From NCBI GenBank assembly GCA_038114285.1, contig JAYNQN010000004.1, positions 16,681-76,840 of the forward strand: a stretch of 60,160 nucleotides of DNA, given 5' to 3'. A model generated the notes under the pieces. It made no database searches. It was not told where the DNA came from and worked only from the letters and a program-made list of their open reading frames with translations. This DNA comes from Gammaproteobacteria bacterium (GTDB taxonomy: Bacteria > Pseudomonadota > Gammaproteobacteria > Poriferisulfidales > GCA-002705445). Position 1 is the stretch's first letter; the number at the start of each line of letters is the position of its first letter. Below, in pieces: positions 19,725 through 28,723 of this stretch. Made by a program: the position numbers and the translations under genes.

Positions 19725-22466
19725 ATGATAAATAATAAATACAATCCTTCAGAAATCGAGGAAAAATGGTACCAAGAATGGGAAAAAAATAAGATTTTTT
19801 CTCCAACAGGAACAGGTGAACCATATTGCATTATGATTCCCCATCCAAATGTAACTGGCACTCTTCATATGGGGCATGCTTTTCAAGTAACATTAATGGA
19901 TATACTTTGCAGATATCATAGAATGCTTGGAAACAAAACGCTTTGGCAAGCGGGCACAGATCATGCTGGTATAGCTACCCAAATGGTTGTGGAAAGAAAA
20001 TTAACTGCACAAGGAATTTCAAGAACAGATTTAGGTAGAGAAAAATTTATAGATCAAGTCTGGGATTGGAAAAGTCAATCAGGCGATATTATTACAAAAC
20101 AACTTCGAAGAATGGGCGCATCTTTAGACTGGGAAAGCGAAAGATTTACATTGGACGAGGGTTTATCTATAGCTGTAAATAAAGTTTTTATTGATCTTTA
20201 CGAAGATGGGCTAATATATAAAGGGAAAAGATTGGTAAACTGGGATCCTGTGCTACAAACGGCTTTATCAGATCTTGAAGTTATATCATCAGAAGAAAAT
20301 GGAAAAATATGGGAAATTAAATATTATATCGATGATGATTCAGGTGACTATTTAAAAATTGCAACAACTCGCCCATAAACTATCTTATGAGATACTGCGG
20401 TAGCTGTTAATCCAGAAGATAAAAGATATAAAAATTACATAAATAAAAAAGTAATTGTTCCAATAACAGGCAGAATAGTACCAGTAATAGCAGATGATTA
20501 TGTAGATCCTGAATTCGGAACAGGATGTTTAAAAATTACACCTGCACATGATTTTAATGATTACGAGCTTGGGAAAAAACATAATTTAGAGATAATCAGT
20601 ATTTTTGATTCGTCTGCAAGAGTTAAGTGTGATAATAAAGAATATAATAATCTTGATAGATTTGCCGCAAGAAAAAAAATTCTAGTTGATCTTGAAGAGT
20701 CAGATCATCTTCTTAAAACATCAGAACATAAAATGATTATTCCAAGAGGAGATAGAAGTCACTCAATCATTGAACCGCTAATGACTGACCAATGGTACGT
20801 AAAAATTAAACCATTAGCTGAAGAAGCAATAAAATGCGTAAAGGAAAAAGAAATAAAATTTGTACCTGAAAATTGGGAAAAAACTTATTTTGAATGGATG
20901 AATAATATTCAGGATTGGTGTATTAGTAGACAACTCTGGTGGGGTCATAGAATACCTGCATGGTATGATGAAGAAAAAAATATATATGTTGGAAAAAATG
21001 AAAAAGATGTTAGAGAAAAATACGATATAAGAAAAGATATTCAATTAACGCAAGATGAAGATGTTTTAGACACATGGTTTTCATCATCTTTATGGCCTTT
21101 TTCAACCCTCGGCTGGCCAAATGAAACAGAAAGAGTTAAAACCTTTTACCCCACAAGTGTTTTAATAACTGGTTTTGATATTATATTTTTTTGGGTAGCA
21201 AGAATGATTATGATGGGAAAGAAATTTGTAGGCGAAGTTCCATTTAAAGAAATTTATGTTCATGGATTAGTAAAAGATTCATCTGGAAACAAAATGTCCA
21301 AATCAAAAGGAAATATCATTGATCCAATTGATTTAATAGACGGGATAAAATTAGATGAACTTATAGATAAAAGAGCTTCAGATTTAATGCAACCTGAGAT
21401 GGCAGAAAAAATAAAAAAAAATACCAAGAAAGAGTATCCAAATGGTATAGATTCTTACGGTACAGATGCATTAAGATTTACATTTGCCTCACTTGCAAGC
21501 AACGGCAGAGATATTAATTTTAACCTTAAAAGAGTAGAAGGCTATAGAAATTTTTGTAACAAATTATGGAATGCAGCACGTTTTGTGAAAATGCAAGGAG
21601 AAATTAGCTCTAAAAATATAGATCAAAATAATTTTCTTGATGAAGAAAGATGGATAAGAAATAAACTTGGCAAACTAATAGAAGATACAAAAAACAACTA
21701 CAAAAACTATAGATTCGATTACGCATCAAAGTATATATATAGTTTTGTTTGGCAAGACTACTGCAGTTGGTATATAGAAATTGCAAAATCAAAACTAAAT
21801 CAGGATGATATTTCGTTAACCCAAAAAGAACTAATCATTTATAATTTAAGAGATATTTTAAAAAATATTTTATTAATTTTGCATCCAATAATGCCATTTA
21901 TTACCGAAGAAATTTATGATGATGTTTATCATAATGGAGATTTCTTGCAAACAAACAAATACCCTGACTCTAAAACGTTCACTACAACTAATAGTGTTGA
22001 AAATATAAACTGGATGATTGACTTGATATCTACTATTAGAAAAACTAGATCTGAAATTGGAGTTCAACCGAATAAAAAAATAGACATAATAGTTAATGGT
22101 GAAAATGACAAAGACAAATTATTTTTTAGCAGTTTATCAATGCTAATAATGCAATTAGCAAATATTAAAAACATTCGTTTCGAAAAAGAAGATCCAAAAA
22201 CAAATTACTACACATGCGTTTCAAATAACCTCAAGATTTTAATACCTTCCTCAGATTTAATTGACATAGATGCTGAAATTGAAAGATTAACAAAAGAAAA
22301 ACAGAAATATATAAATCAGACAGTCGGAATTGAATCTAGATTATCTAATTCTGACTTTATAAAAAATGCGCCTGGGCACATTGTCGTCGCCGATGAACAA
22401 AAACTAAAAGAGTTAAAGACTCAAATTTCAAAAATTAATGACCAGTTAAAAAATTATTCTGCCTAA
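19725..22466 (+). pseudogene. valS: valine--tRNA ligase, single reading frame interrupted by two in-frame stop codons (TAA 20376..20378, TGA 20388..20390)
   Basis: Track ORFs 19725..20378 and 20733..22466 share one frame, which is open from 20391 onward. LHMGHAF and NKMSKSKGN class-I signatures are present. The region reads TTRP*TIL*DTAVAVNPED, against the conserved TTRPETxLGDTAVAVNPED. It would be intact if the two stops are sequence errors. Confidence 0.85.
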
Positions 22467-22471
22467 GAATT

Positions 22472-24385
22472 TTATGCCATATGCATATCTAAAATACCTT
22501 CCATCTTTTCGGCAGTTTCAGATTTACCAGTCCTGCTATCACCTATCATTGCAACAGTAACATCAACTTCGCTAGCATTATTCCCTAACTTTTCTCTTTT
22601 CTTAATAGCAAACTCTTTCACAGAAACAATTAGTGACTCTGCAAGTCTTATTGGTCCTTCTTGTTCTATTTCTTCCCTGTTCTTAAACCCGCATTCAATG
22701 ACTTTTTCATCTGAATTTCCTTCATATACTCCAGCCATTAGCATGCTGTATGCGACACCAACCTCCATATCTCCTCTTTTAACTAATTTTTCAATACTTG
22801 ATACTAATTCTTCTTCTGTATCAGTATACTTTTCATATAAATCCTTATGGAGAATTGTTCCATCATTATCTTTCAATAATGGAAATGGATTAGCCCAATA
22901 ACTAATTTCAGTTCCACCTCTTCCAGTTTGTGTACTTCCAGCAGCGCATCTTCTTCCGTCGTGGAAATGAACAAGTGCCTCTTGAACAGGCATAGATGTA
23001 TCAACCATTGTCTCGCCGGGTTTTTTTAAATCGTAATTATTAATATAAAGCAATAAATCTAAATCACTTCCGGTAGATACTTCCTGTTCCTCTGCTACAG
23101 GAACAATTTGTCTTGCATTAGTTCCAGCTGATGCATTATATCCTATCTCTCTTCCAATTAATTGTAGTTTTGCTTGTTCGCTAAAACCATCCAAACAAGC
23201 GAATGCACCAATTTCTGTCCCGTAAAATTTTAACTTTTTTAATTTATCGTTTTCACTTTTATAAAATTCTGCTTTACCCATATCGTCAGCTTTTATATAA
23301 ATATCAGATATAAATGGTTCATTCGTTTCTTTATCAAAACCAACAACATATCTATTACATCCGCAGTGTAAAGGGAAATCTCCTTTTAAAATTGCTAACA
23401 CATTGTGAAGGGTAAGTATTGGTTTCTTACAATAACCAAAATAACCATACTCTGGAAACTGCGGAACCATTCCGATGAGTAAATCTTCATCTTTATCATG
23501 ATAAAATCCTAAATCTTCTTTTTTTGCTCCAGGAAAACCAAAGAAGAAAATTCCATCAGGCTTTTTATTTACAAATTGATTATCAACTTTAAATAATGGG
23601 AATAAATTTAACAAGCCTGGCTCCATTTCAATACACCCTCTTGATTTGTGAATGTAAGCAACTATTAACCACTTCCCAACACTTAAAGGCACAGCAACCC
23701 AATCATCTGGTTCAAAAATATCCAAATTTAAAGGATTGTGATCTAATTCATAAAATGGAAATGCTCTTTTATTAACTGAGGTTTCATAATGCACACCAGT
23801 TTTAATATCAGCAGTTACAGTTAAATTTGTATGAGCAAGCTTAGAATATGCTGGGGGAAAATTTCCAAAATGTCCTGATACTTCACCAGCAGTAACATTT
23901 GGTGATGCATCTAGTCCATGTGATCTTGATACGCCATGTCCTAGACCAACTCTATCAAGTAATTTTCTTCTGGTATTTATTATAAGTTCAGATAAATTTT
24001 CTGCTTTATCAGATATCTTACTCTTAAATGTTTTTTGAGAATCTGAGCCTACTGTAACTATTTCGTTATTTAATCTCACTAATCTTGAGAAGCTTTTATT
24101 TCTATAGTGATGGTAACATCCATCTAAAAATCTAACTATTGACCTATCTCTCTCAAGTTCTTTTCCAGTAGCTTCTCTTTCAAAAATTTGAAGGATGTCT
24201 TTCAAAGTTAAATTTGCTATTAATTCTTCTTTTTGTTTTGCTTCTTGTGAATGCTTCTCGCCCTTTTTTTCCAGTTCTTCAAGATATTCTTTTTTATATA
24301 TTTTTAAATACCTTGCAAAAGCATAGCTTCTTAAAAGTTGTTCTGATGTAACACAACTATCCCTGATTTCTAATATTGACTCCAC
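22472..24385 (-). CDS. hypothetical protein, 637 aa, no family recognised; C-terminal HprK-like Walker A motif
   Basis: GTG start at 24385, preceded by AAGGGGAT (24391..24398). A long open frame in AT-rich DNA. No signal peptide or TM helix. GDSRTGKS is encoded at 22520..22543. Confidence 0.75.
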   Translation of the reverse strand: MESILEIRDSCVTSEQLLRSYAFARYLKIYKKEYLEELEKKGEKHSQEAKQKEELIANLTLKDILQIFEREATGKELERDRSIVRFLDGCYHHYRNKSFSRLVRLNNEIVTVGSDSQKTFKSKISDKAENLSELIINTRRKLLDRVGLGHGVSRSHGLDASPNVTAGEVSGHFGNFPPAYSKLAHTNLTVTADIKTGVHYETSVNKRAFPFYELDHNPLNLDIFEPDDWVAVPLSVGKWLIVAYIHKSRGCIEMEPGLLNLFPLFKVDNQFVNKKPDGIFFFGFPGAKKEDLGFYHDKDEDLLIGMVPQFPEYGYFGYCKKPILTLHNVLAILKGDFPLHCGCNRYVVGFDKETNEPFISDIYIKADDMGKAEFYKSENDKLKKLKFYGTEIGAFACLDGFSEQAKLQLIGREIGYNASAGTNARQIVPVAEEQEVSTGSDLDLLLYINNYDLKKPGETMVDTSMPVQEALVHFHDGRRCAAGSTQTGRGGTEISYWANPFPLLKDNDGTILHKDLYEKYTDTEEELVSSIEKLVKRGDMEVGVAYSMLMAGVYEGNSDEKVIECGFKNREEIEQEGPIRLAESLIVSVKEFAIKKREKLGNNASEVDVTVAMIGDSRTGKSETAEKMEGILDMHMA

Positions 24386-24514
24386 TCTTAATCCCCTTTT
24401 TAATGTGAATTAATCGTCCCTAATTAAAAAAAATTATAATCCTTATAATTTATAGTATTAAAGTTATTTATGAATTATATTATCAAATATGATATCTAAT
24501 ATACTATTGAATTT

Positions 24515-25336
24515 ATGAATCAATTGATAAAAAAAATTTATCCACCTAGTAAAAATGCTGTATTTAAAGCAAATAATGTGTATTTGCAGACAGATATTTT
24601 ATTTAGAAAAAGGTCTCTAAAACCACATTATTATGCAAATTTCCTTACAAGTTTTGATGGAAGAATAGCAATTCATGATCTCAGCCATAAGATATTACTA
24701 ACTCCAAAACATATTAAAAACGACGTTGATTTCTCTCTTTTTTGTCAACTTCATGCTCAAGCAGATTGTTTGGTCACTAATACGCAATATATCAAAGGGC
24801 TTAATAAAGGTTATTATGGAAATATTCTTTCAATAAAAGACCCAAGATTAGAAAAATGGCGAGATAAAAATAAACTCAAAAAACAAAAAATTATAATCCT
24901 TAGTAATTCTTTAAATTTTCCAATAAATGAAAAAATAGAGCCCTATAAAGAAAATATCATAATTTTAACAACATCAAAGAATCAAAAAAAAATTGAGAGT
25001 ATTAAAAAAAACGGTTATGAAGTTCTAAAATATTCTGGAAAGAATATATCAGCAAATCAATTAAATACCTTGATAATCAAAAAAAGATTAAAATTCGTCT
25101 ATTTTATTGCTGGGCCAAACATTGTTGAACAATATATATGTAAAAAAATGCTAGATAAATTATACTGCAGTACTAGCTTAAGCATGGTAGGTACCGAAAG
25201 ATATGATACACTTATTAGAGGTGAATACTTAAAAAAGCCAATTAACCTTAACCTATTAGAAATGTACATATATCAAGACAAGAAAAATGGTAATCATCAA
25301 ACTCTATTTCAAGTATTTAACTTTAAAGGAAAGTAA
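24515..25336 (+). CDS. RibD C-terminal-domain-like (dihydrofolate-reductase-fold pyrimidine reductase family) protein
   Basis: 273 aa. ANFLTSFDGRIAI, LHAQADCLVTNTQYIKG and FIAGPNIVEQYI follow the RibD_C pattern. No deaminase domain. Its stop abuts the sohB ATG. Confidence 0.55.
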   Translation: MNQLIKKIYPPSKNAVFKANNVYLQTDILFRKRSLKPHYYANFLTSFDGRIAIHDLSHKILLTPKHIKNDVDFSLFCQLHAQADCLVTNTQYIKGLNKGYYGNILSIKDPRLEKWRDKNKLKKQKIIILSNSLNFPINEKIEPYKENIIILTTSKNQKKIESIKKNGYEVLKYSGKNISANQLNTLIIKKRLKFVYFIAGPNIVEQYICKKMLDKLYCSTSLSMVGTERYDTLIRGEYLKKPINLNLLEMYIYQDKKNGNHQTLFQVFNFKGK

Positions 25337-26341
25337 ATGGCAATTGAATTAATATCAAATTACAGTTTGTTTTTACTAAAAGCCATAACCGTAGTCATTA
25401 GTGTTCTAATAATTCTTAGCGCAATTATTAACTCTAAAAAAAATACCAATGAAGGTAGCTTATCAGTTAAAAATATAAACGATGAACTTGATGATATTGA
25501 AGAAAATATAAAAAAAAATATTTTTAAAAAAGCAGACTTCAAAAAATTTTTAAAGCTAAAAAAGAAATCTAATAAAATATTAGAAAAAAAACTTTTTGTT
25601 ATTGATTTCAAGGGAAATATTAAAGCAAGTGAAATAGTATCTTTAAGGAGAGAAATTTCAGGAATTATTTTATCTTATAAAAAAGGTGATGAAGTATTAT
25701 TAAGATTAGAAAATTCTGGTGGAACAGTACACGAACATGGTTTAGCAGCTTCCCAATTGAAAAGAATTAAAGACAATAAAATACCATTAACGATATGTGT
25801 AGATAAAGTCGCTGCCAGTGGAGGGTATATGATGGCTTGTGTTGCAAATAAAATTATTGCATCACCATTCGCAATTATTGGGTCAATAGGCGTTTTAGCA
25901 CAAGTTCCTAACTTTAATAAATTACTAAAAAATAAAGGCATTGATTTTGAACAACATACAGCTGGAAATTATAAAAGAACGGTTACAATGTTTGGTAAAA
26001 ATACAGATGAAGATAGAGAAAAACTAAATGAGCAATTAGAGGATATTCATATTTTATTCAAAGATTTTATCAAGGACCAAAGACCTAATGTAGATATTGA
26101 AAAAGTTGCTACTGGAGAATACTGGTACGGTAAAGACGCACTAAAATTAAATTTAATAGATAATATTATGACAAGTGATGAACTCATCCTATCAATGAAA
26201 AATAAATTTGATATCATTTCAATAAAATACAAACCTGCAAAAACATTATCCGATAAAATATCAAAGATTTCTTCTAAACTTTCATACAAAATATTTTCTG
26301 CTTTTGAACAAAAAAATCACGATAAAAATATTTTTAAATAA
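25337..26341 (+). CDS. sohB: S49-family inner-membrane peptidase SohB
   Basis: The N-terminus MAIELISNYSLFLLKAITVV matches the SohB pattern. ClpP/SppA-type AASGGYMMAC serine motif. Confidence 0.8.
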   Translation: MAIELISNYSLFLLKAITVVISVLIILSAIINSKKNTNEGSLSVKNINDELDDIEENIKKNIFKKADFKKFLKLKKKSNKILEKKLFVIDFKGNIKASEIVSLRREISGIILSYKKGDEVLLRLENSGGTVHEHGLAASQLKRIKDNKIPLTICVDKVAASGGYMMACVANKIIASPFAIIGSIGVLAQVPNFNKLLKNKGIDFEQHTAGNYKRTVTMFGKNTDEDREKLNEQLEDIHILFKDFIKDQRPNVDIEKVATGEYWYGKDALKLNLIDNIMTSDELILSMKNKFDIISIKYKPAKTLSDKISKISSKLSYKIFSAFEQKNHDKNIFK

Positions 26342-27491
26342 TACCCTTTTTAATAATTTCTAAAATTCCATCCCTAATCGCTTTTGCAATATTTTTTTGA
26401 AATTTTTTTGTACGTAATTTTTTTTCTTCTTTAGCATTTGATAAAAATGCCGTCTCAATCAACATTGAAGGTATATCAGGAGACTTTAAGACCACAAAAC
26501 CTGCCTGCCCAGTATTTTTTAAATGAAGCTTAGAAACCTTTTTTAAATTTTTAAGCATAATTCTTGAAGCTTTAAGACTAGTTTCGATTGTCACACTCTG
26601 AGACATATCAAGAATAACTTGAGCTAATTCATTGTCTTTATCGTCTATACTTGCACCACCTAATAAATCTGATGAGTTTTCTTTATCTGCTAGCCATTTT
26701 GCAGCTTCACTAGAAGCTCCATGTTGAGATAAAACATACACTGAAGAACCTTTTGCTTTTCTATTTTTTGCGGCATCAGCATGTATTGATATAAATAAAT
26801 CAGCTTTATATTTTCTCGCTTTTTTTATTCTTTGCCTTAAGGTCATATAAGAATCTTTACTTCTAATTAAAATTGGTTTTATATTTTTTTCTTTCTTAAG
26901 AAGAATATATAACTTCTTTGATATAGATAAAACAATATCTTTTTCCAAAGTACCCTTTTTTCCAACTGCTCCAGGATCCTTACCTCCATGACCAGCATCT
27001 ATTGCAATAACAACTTTACTATTTTTTAATACATTTTGTTTTTTTAGTATTTTATTATTTTCTTTATCTAAATAAATATCTATTACAAATCTATAACCAA
27101 ACTTTCCACTAGGCTTTAATGAGAAATATTTATATTTAATAAAATTATTTGTCTTAAGATAAAAATTTAAATTTTCTTTGTCTCTCGATAATTTTAATTT
27201 TTTAATATATTTTTTACTAAATTTTGGACTTTTAAATTTTTTTGTTGTATCAATATTTAGAAAGCTAGCCTTAATAGTATTCTTCTTTGATGTTTTATCT
27301 AATTTATAATTAATTTTTTTATTAGCATCAAATACAATTCGAATTTTTACTTCTTGAGAATTATATGAAATTCTCATCTCATTTAATTTATTTTTTGATA
27401 TTGCTTCTGGAGAAAATAAAAAAAGACAAAAAAATGCCAATAAATTCATTGACTTTTTTTTTCTTGATATGCTATTAAAAAATAGAATCAT
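26334..27491 (-). CDS. amiB: N-acetylmuramoyl-L-alanine amidase with N-terminal AMIN domain
   Basis: Signal peptide, IDAGHGGKDPGA and SIHADA Amidase_3 motifs. TAATG overlap with tsaE; tsaE-amiB synteny as in E. coli. Confidence 0.75.
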   Translation of the reverse strand: MILFFNSISRKKKSMNLLAFFCLFLFSPEAISKNKLNEMRISYNSQEVKIRIVFDANKKINYKLDKTSKKNTIKASFLNIDTTKKFKSPKFSKKYIKKLKLSRDKENLNFYLKTNNFIKYKYFSLKPSGKFGYRFVIDIYLDKENNKILKKQNVLKNSKVVIAIDAGHGGKDPGAVGKKGTLEKDIVLSISKKLYILLKKEKNIKPILIRSKDSYMTLRQRIKKARKYKADLFISIHADAAKNRKAKGSSVYVLSQHGASSEAAKWLADKENSSDLLGGASIDDKDNELAQVILDMSQSVTIETSLKASRIMLKNLKKVSKLHLKNTGQAGFVVLKSPDIPSMLIETAFLSNAKEEKKLRTKKFQKNIAKAIRDGILEIIKKGII

Positions 27492-27940
27492 TATAAATTT
27501 TTTACTATTTGTTTGCCTATATTTGATAAACCATTAAAGACAATTTCTCTATGATTTCTATTATCAAGCATAAGTATATGAATTATGATATCAGAATTTT
27601 TTAATAACCTTAAATCGTTTTCAACCCACTCAACTAAAATTAAACTATTTTTTTTTTGAAAATCATAAACATCAGTTAAGTATTCATCACCTTTGTTTAA
27701 CCTATATAAATCCACGTGTTGTATATGCACATCATTATAATTATATTCCTCTATTAAACCGAATGTTGGGCTTTTAACCTTTTCATCTTTTTTATAGCAT
27801 CTTATTAAATTTCTAATAAACGCAGTTTTACCTACTCCTAAATCACCTTTAAAACCTACGATAAGGGGCAAGCTAACTAAATCATAGAATTTATTTGCTA
27901 GTTTTTGCGTTTCAGATTCAGATTGTATTATTAAATTCAT
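27491..27940 (-). CDS. tsaE: tRNA t6A37 biosynthesis ATPase TsaE
   Basis: GDLGVGKTAFIR P-loop and SPTFGLIEEY motif. ATG 27940 (MNLIIQSE) fits the TsaE length better than TTG 28000. Confidence 0.85.
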   Translation of the reverse strand: MNLIIQSESETQKLANKFYDLVSLPLIVGFKGDLGVGKTAFIRNLIRCYKKDEKVKSPTFGLIEEYNYNDVHIQHVDLYRLNKGDEYLTDVYDFQKKNSLILVEWVENDLRLLKNSDIIIHILMLDNRNHREIVFNGLSNIGKQIVKNL

Positions 27941-28049
27941 TAGCCCTATTTTAAATTTTATCAATTTTTTGTAATCATAGATTGCATCATTGTATAGCAA
28001 AGAATAGAATAGTCATGATTATATATATTTTTAGTTGGAGGTAAAAATA

Positions 28050-28640
28050 ATGAATCCTTTAAAATCAATACCTATGACAGTTGGTCTAGGCTTTATACTT
28101 GCAATAATAATTAGTTTTTCTTTAGATCATGATGGTCCTGGAATGCCACTTTGGTCTCTTGTAACCTGGCTTCACGTATTTTTCGGTATTATTTGGATAG
28201 GATTACTTTATTACTTTAACTTTGTTCAAGTTCCTGGTGTTGCTGCTGCATTGGCTGATAAAGATGGACCGGGTCCAGCTGCAATAAACAAATATGTTGC
28301 TCCTACGGCATTGTTCTATTTTAGATGGGGAGCATTATTAACATGGTTAACTGGTGCAGCTGCTTTACACTATAGCGGTATTGGTATTCACTCTGCTTTC
28401 GCTCTAGAGTCTGGCGCTGAAGTCATAGGTATTGGTGCCTGGTTAGGAACAATCATGCTATTTAATGTTTGGGGCTTAATCTGGCCAAATCAAAAAAGAA
28501 TTCTTGGGCTAGTGGATGCAACTGAAGCTCAAATAGCGAAGGGGAAAGTTGTAGCCCTAATGGCATCTAGAACAAACACATTATTATCAATTCCAATGTT
28601 AATGTGTATGAGTAGCCACATGCATGGTCTTCCTCTATAG
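28050..28640 (+). CDS. polytopic membrane protein, PuuD/HemJ-superfamily-like (putative heme-binding domain only)
   Basis: GGAGG (28037..28041) lies 8 nt before ATG 28050. WLHVFFGIIWIGLLYYFNF resembles the conserved His/Trp helix of the urate hydroxylase PuuD N-domain, from memory. About 5 TM helices. No cytochrome c CxxCH motif. Confidence 0.45.
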   Translation: MNPLKSIPMTVGLGFILAIIISFSLDHDGPGMPLWSLVTWLHVFFGIIWIGLLYYFNFVQVPGVAAALADKDGPGPAAINKYVAPTALFYFRWGALLTWLTGAAALHYSGIGIHSAFALESGAEVIGIGAWLGTIMLFNVWGLIWPNQKRILGLVDATEAQIAKGKVVALMASRTNTLLSIPMLMCMSSHMHGLPL

Positions 28641-28683
28641 CATTGAATTTACTTAAATTTAACAGTAAAATGTAAAAAATTAT

Positions 28684-28712
28684 ACGGCAGCATTAGCTGC
28701 CGTTTTTATTTT
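28684..28712 (+). terminator. Rho-independent terminator-like hairpin
   Basis: ACGGCAGC-atta-GCTGCCGT is a perfect 8-bp GC-rich stem, followed by TTTTATTTT. It lies 44 nt after the upstream stop and 12 nt before the argD ATG. Confidence 0.6.
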
Positions 28713-28723
28713 AGAGTTAAGTT

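Noticed and set aside
20376-20390. Idea that the valS TGA (at a Gly position) and TAA reflect a reassigned genetic code, for example UGA=Gly.
   Set aside because: TGA is used as a genuine stop at the expected C-termini of conserved genes in this window (pstA 34128..34130, ihfB 55527..55529). TAA ends most other genes. No other gene shows in-frame TGA or TAA. A genome-wide recoding is therefore not supported.
23054-23299. Two short motifs in the orphan protein: YIKADD (23282..23299), reminiscent of the reverse-transcriptase YxDD box, and GSDLDLLLY (23054..23071 region), reminiscent of the minimal nucleotidyltransferase DxD.
   Set aside because: The RT motif needs Y-x-D-D plus upstream motifs A and B, which are absent. 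The NTase pattern needs a G[GS] element 9-13 residues upstream of the DxD, also absent. Both are best read as chance tri- or tetrapeptide matches.
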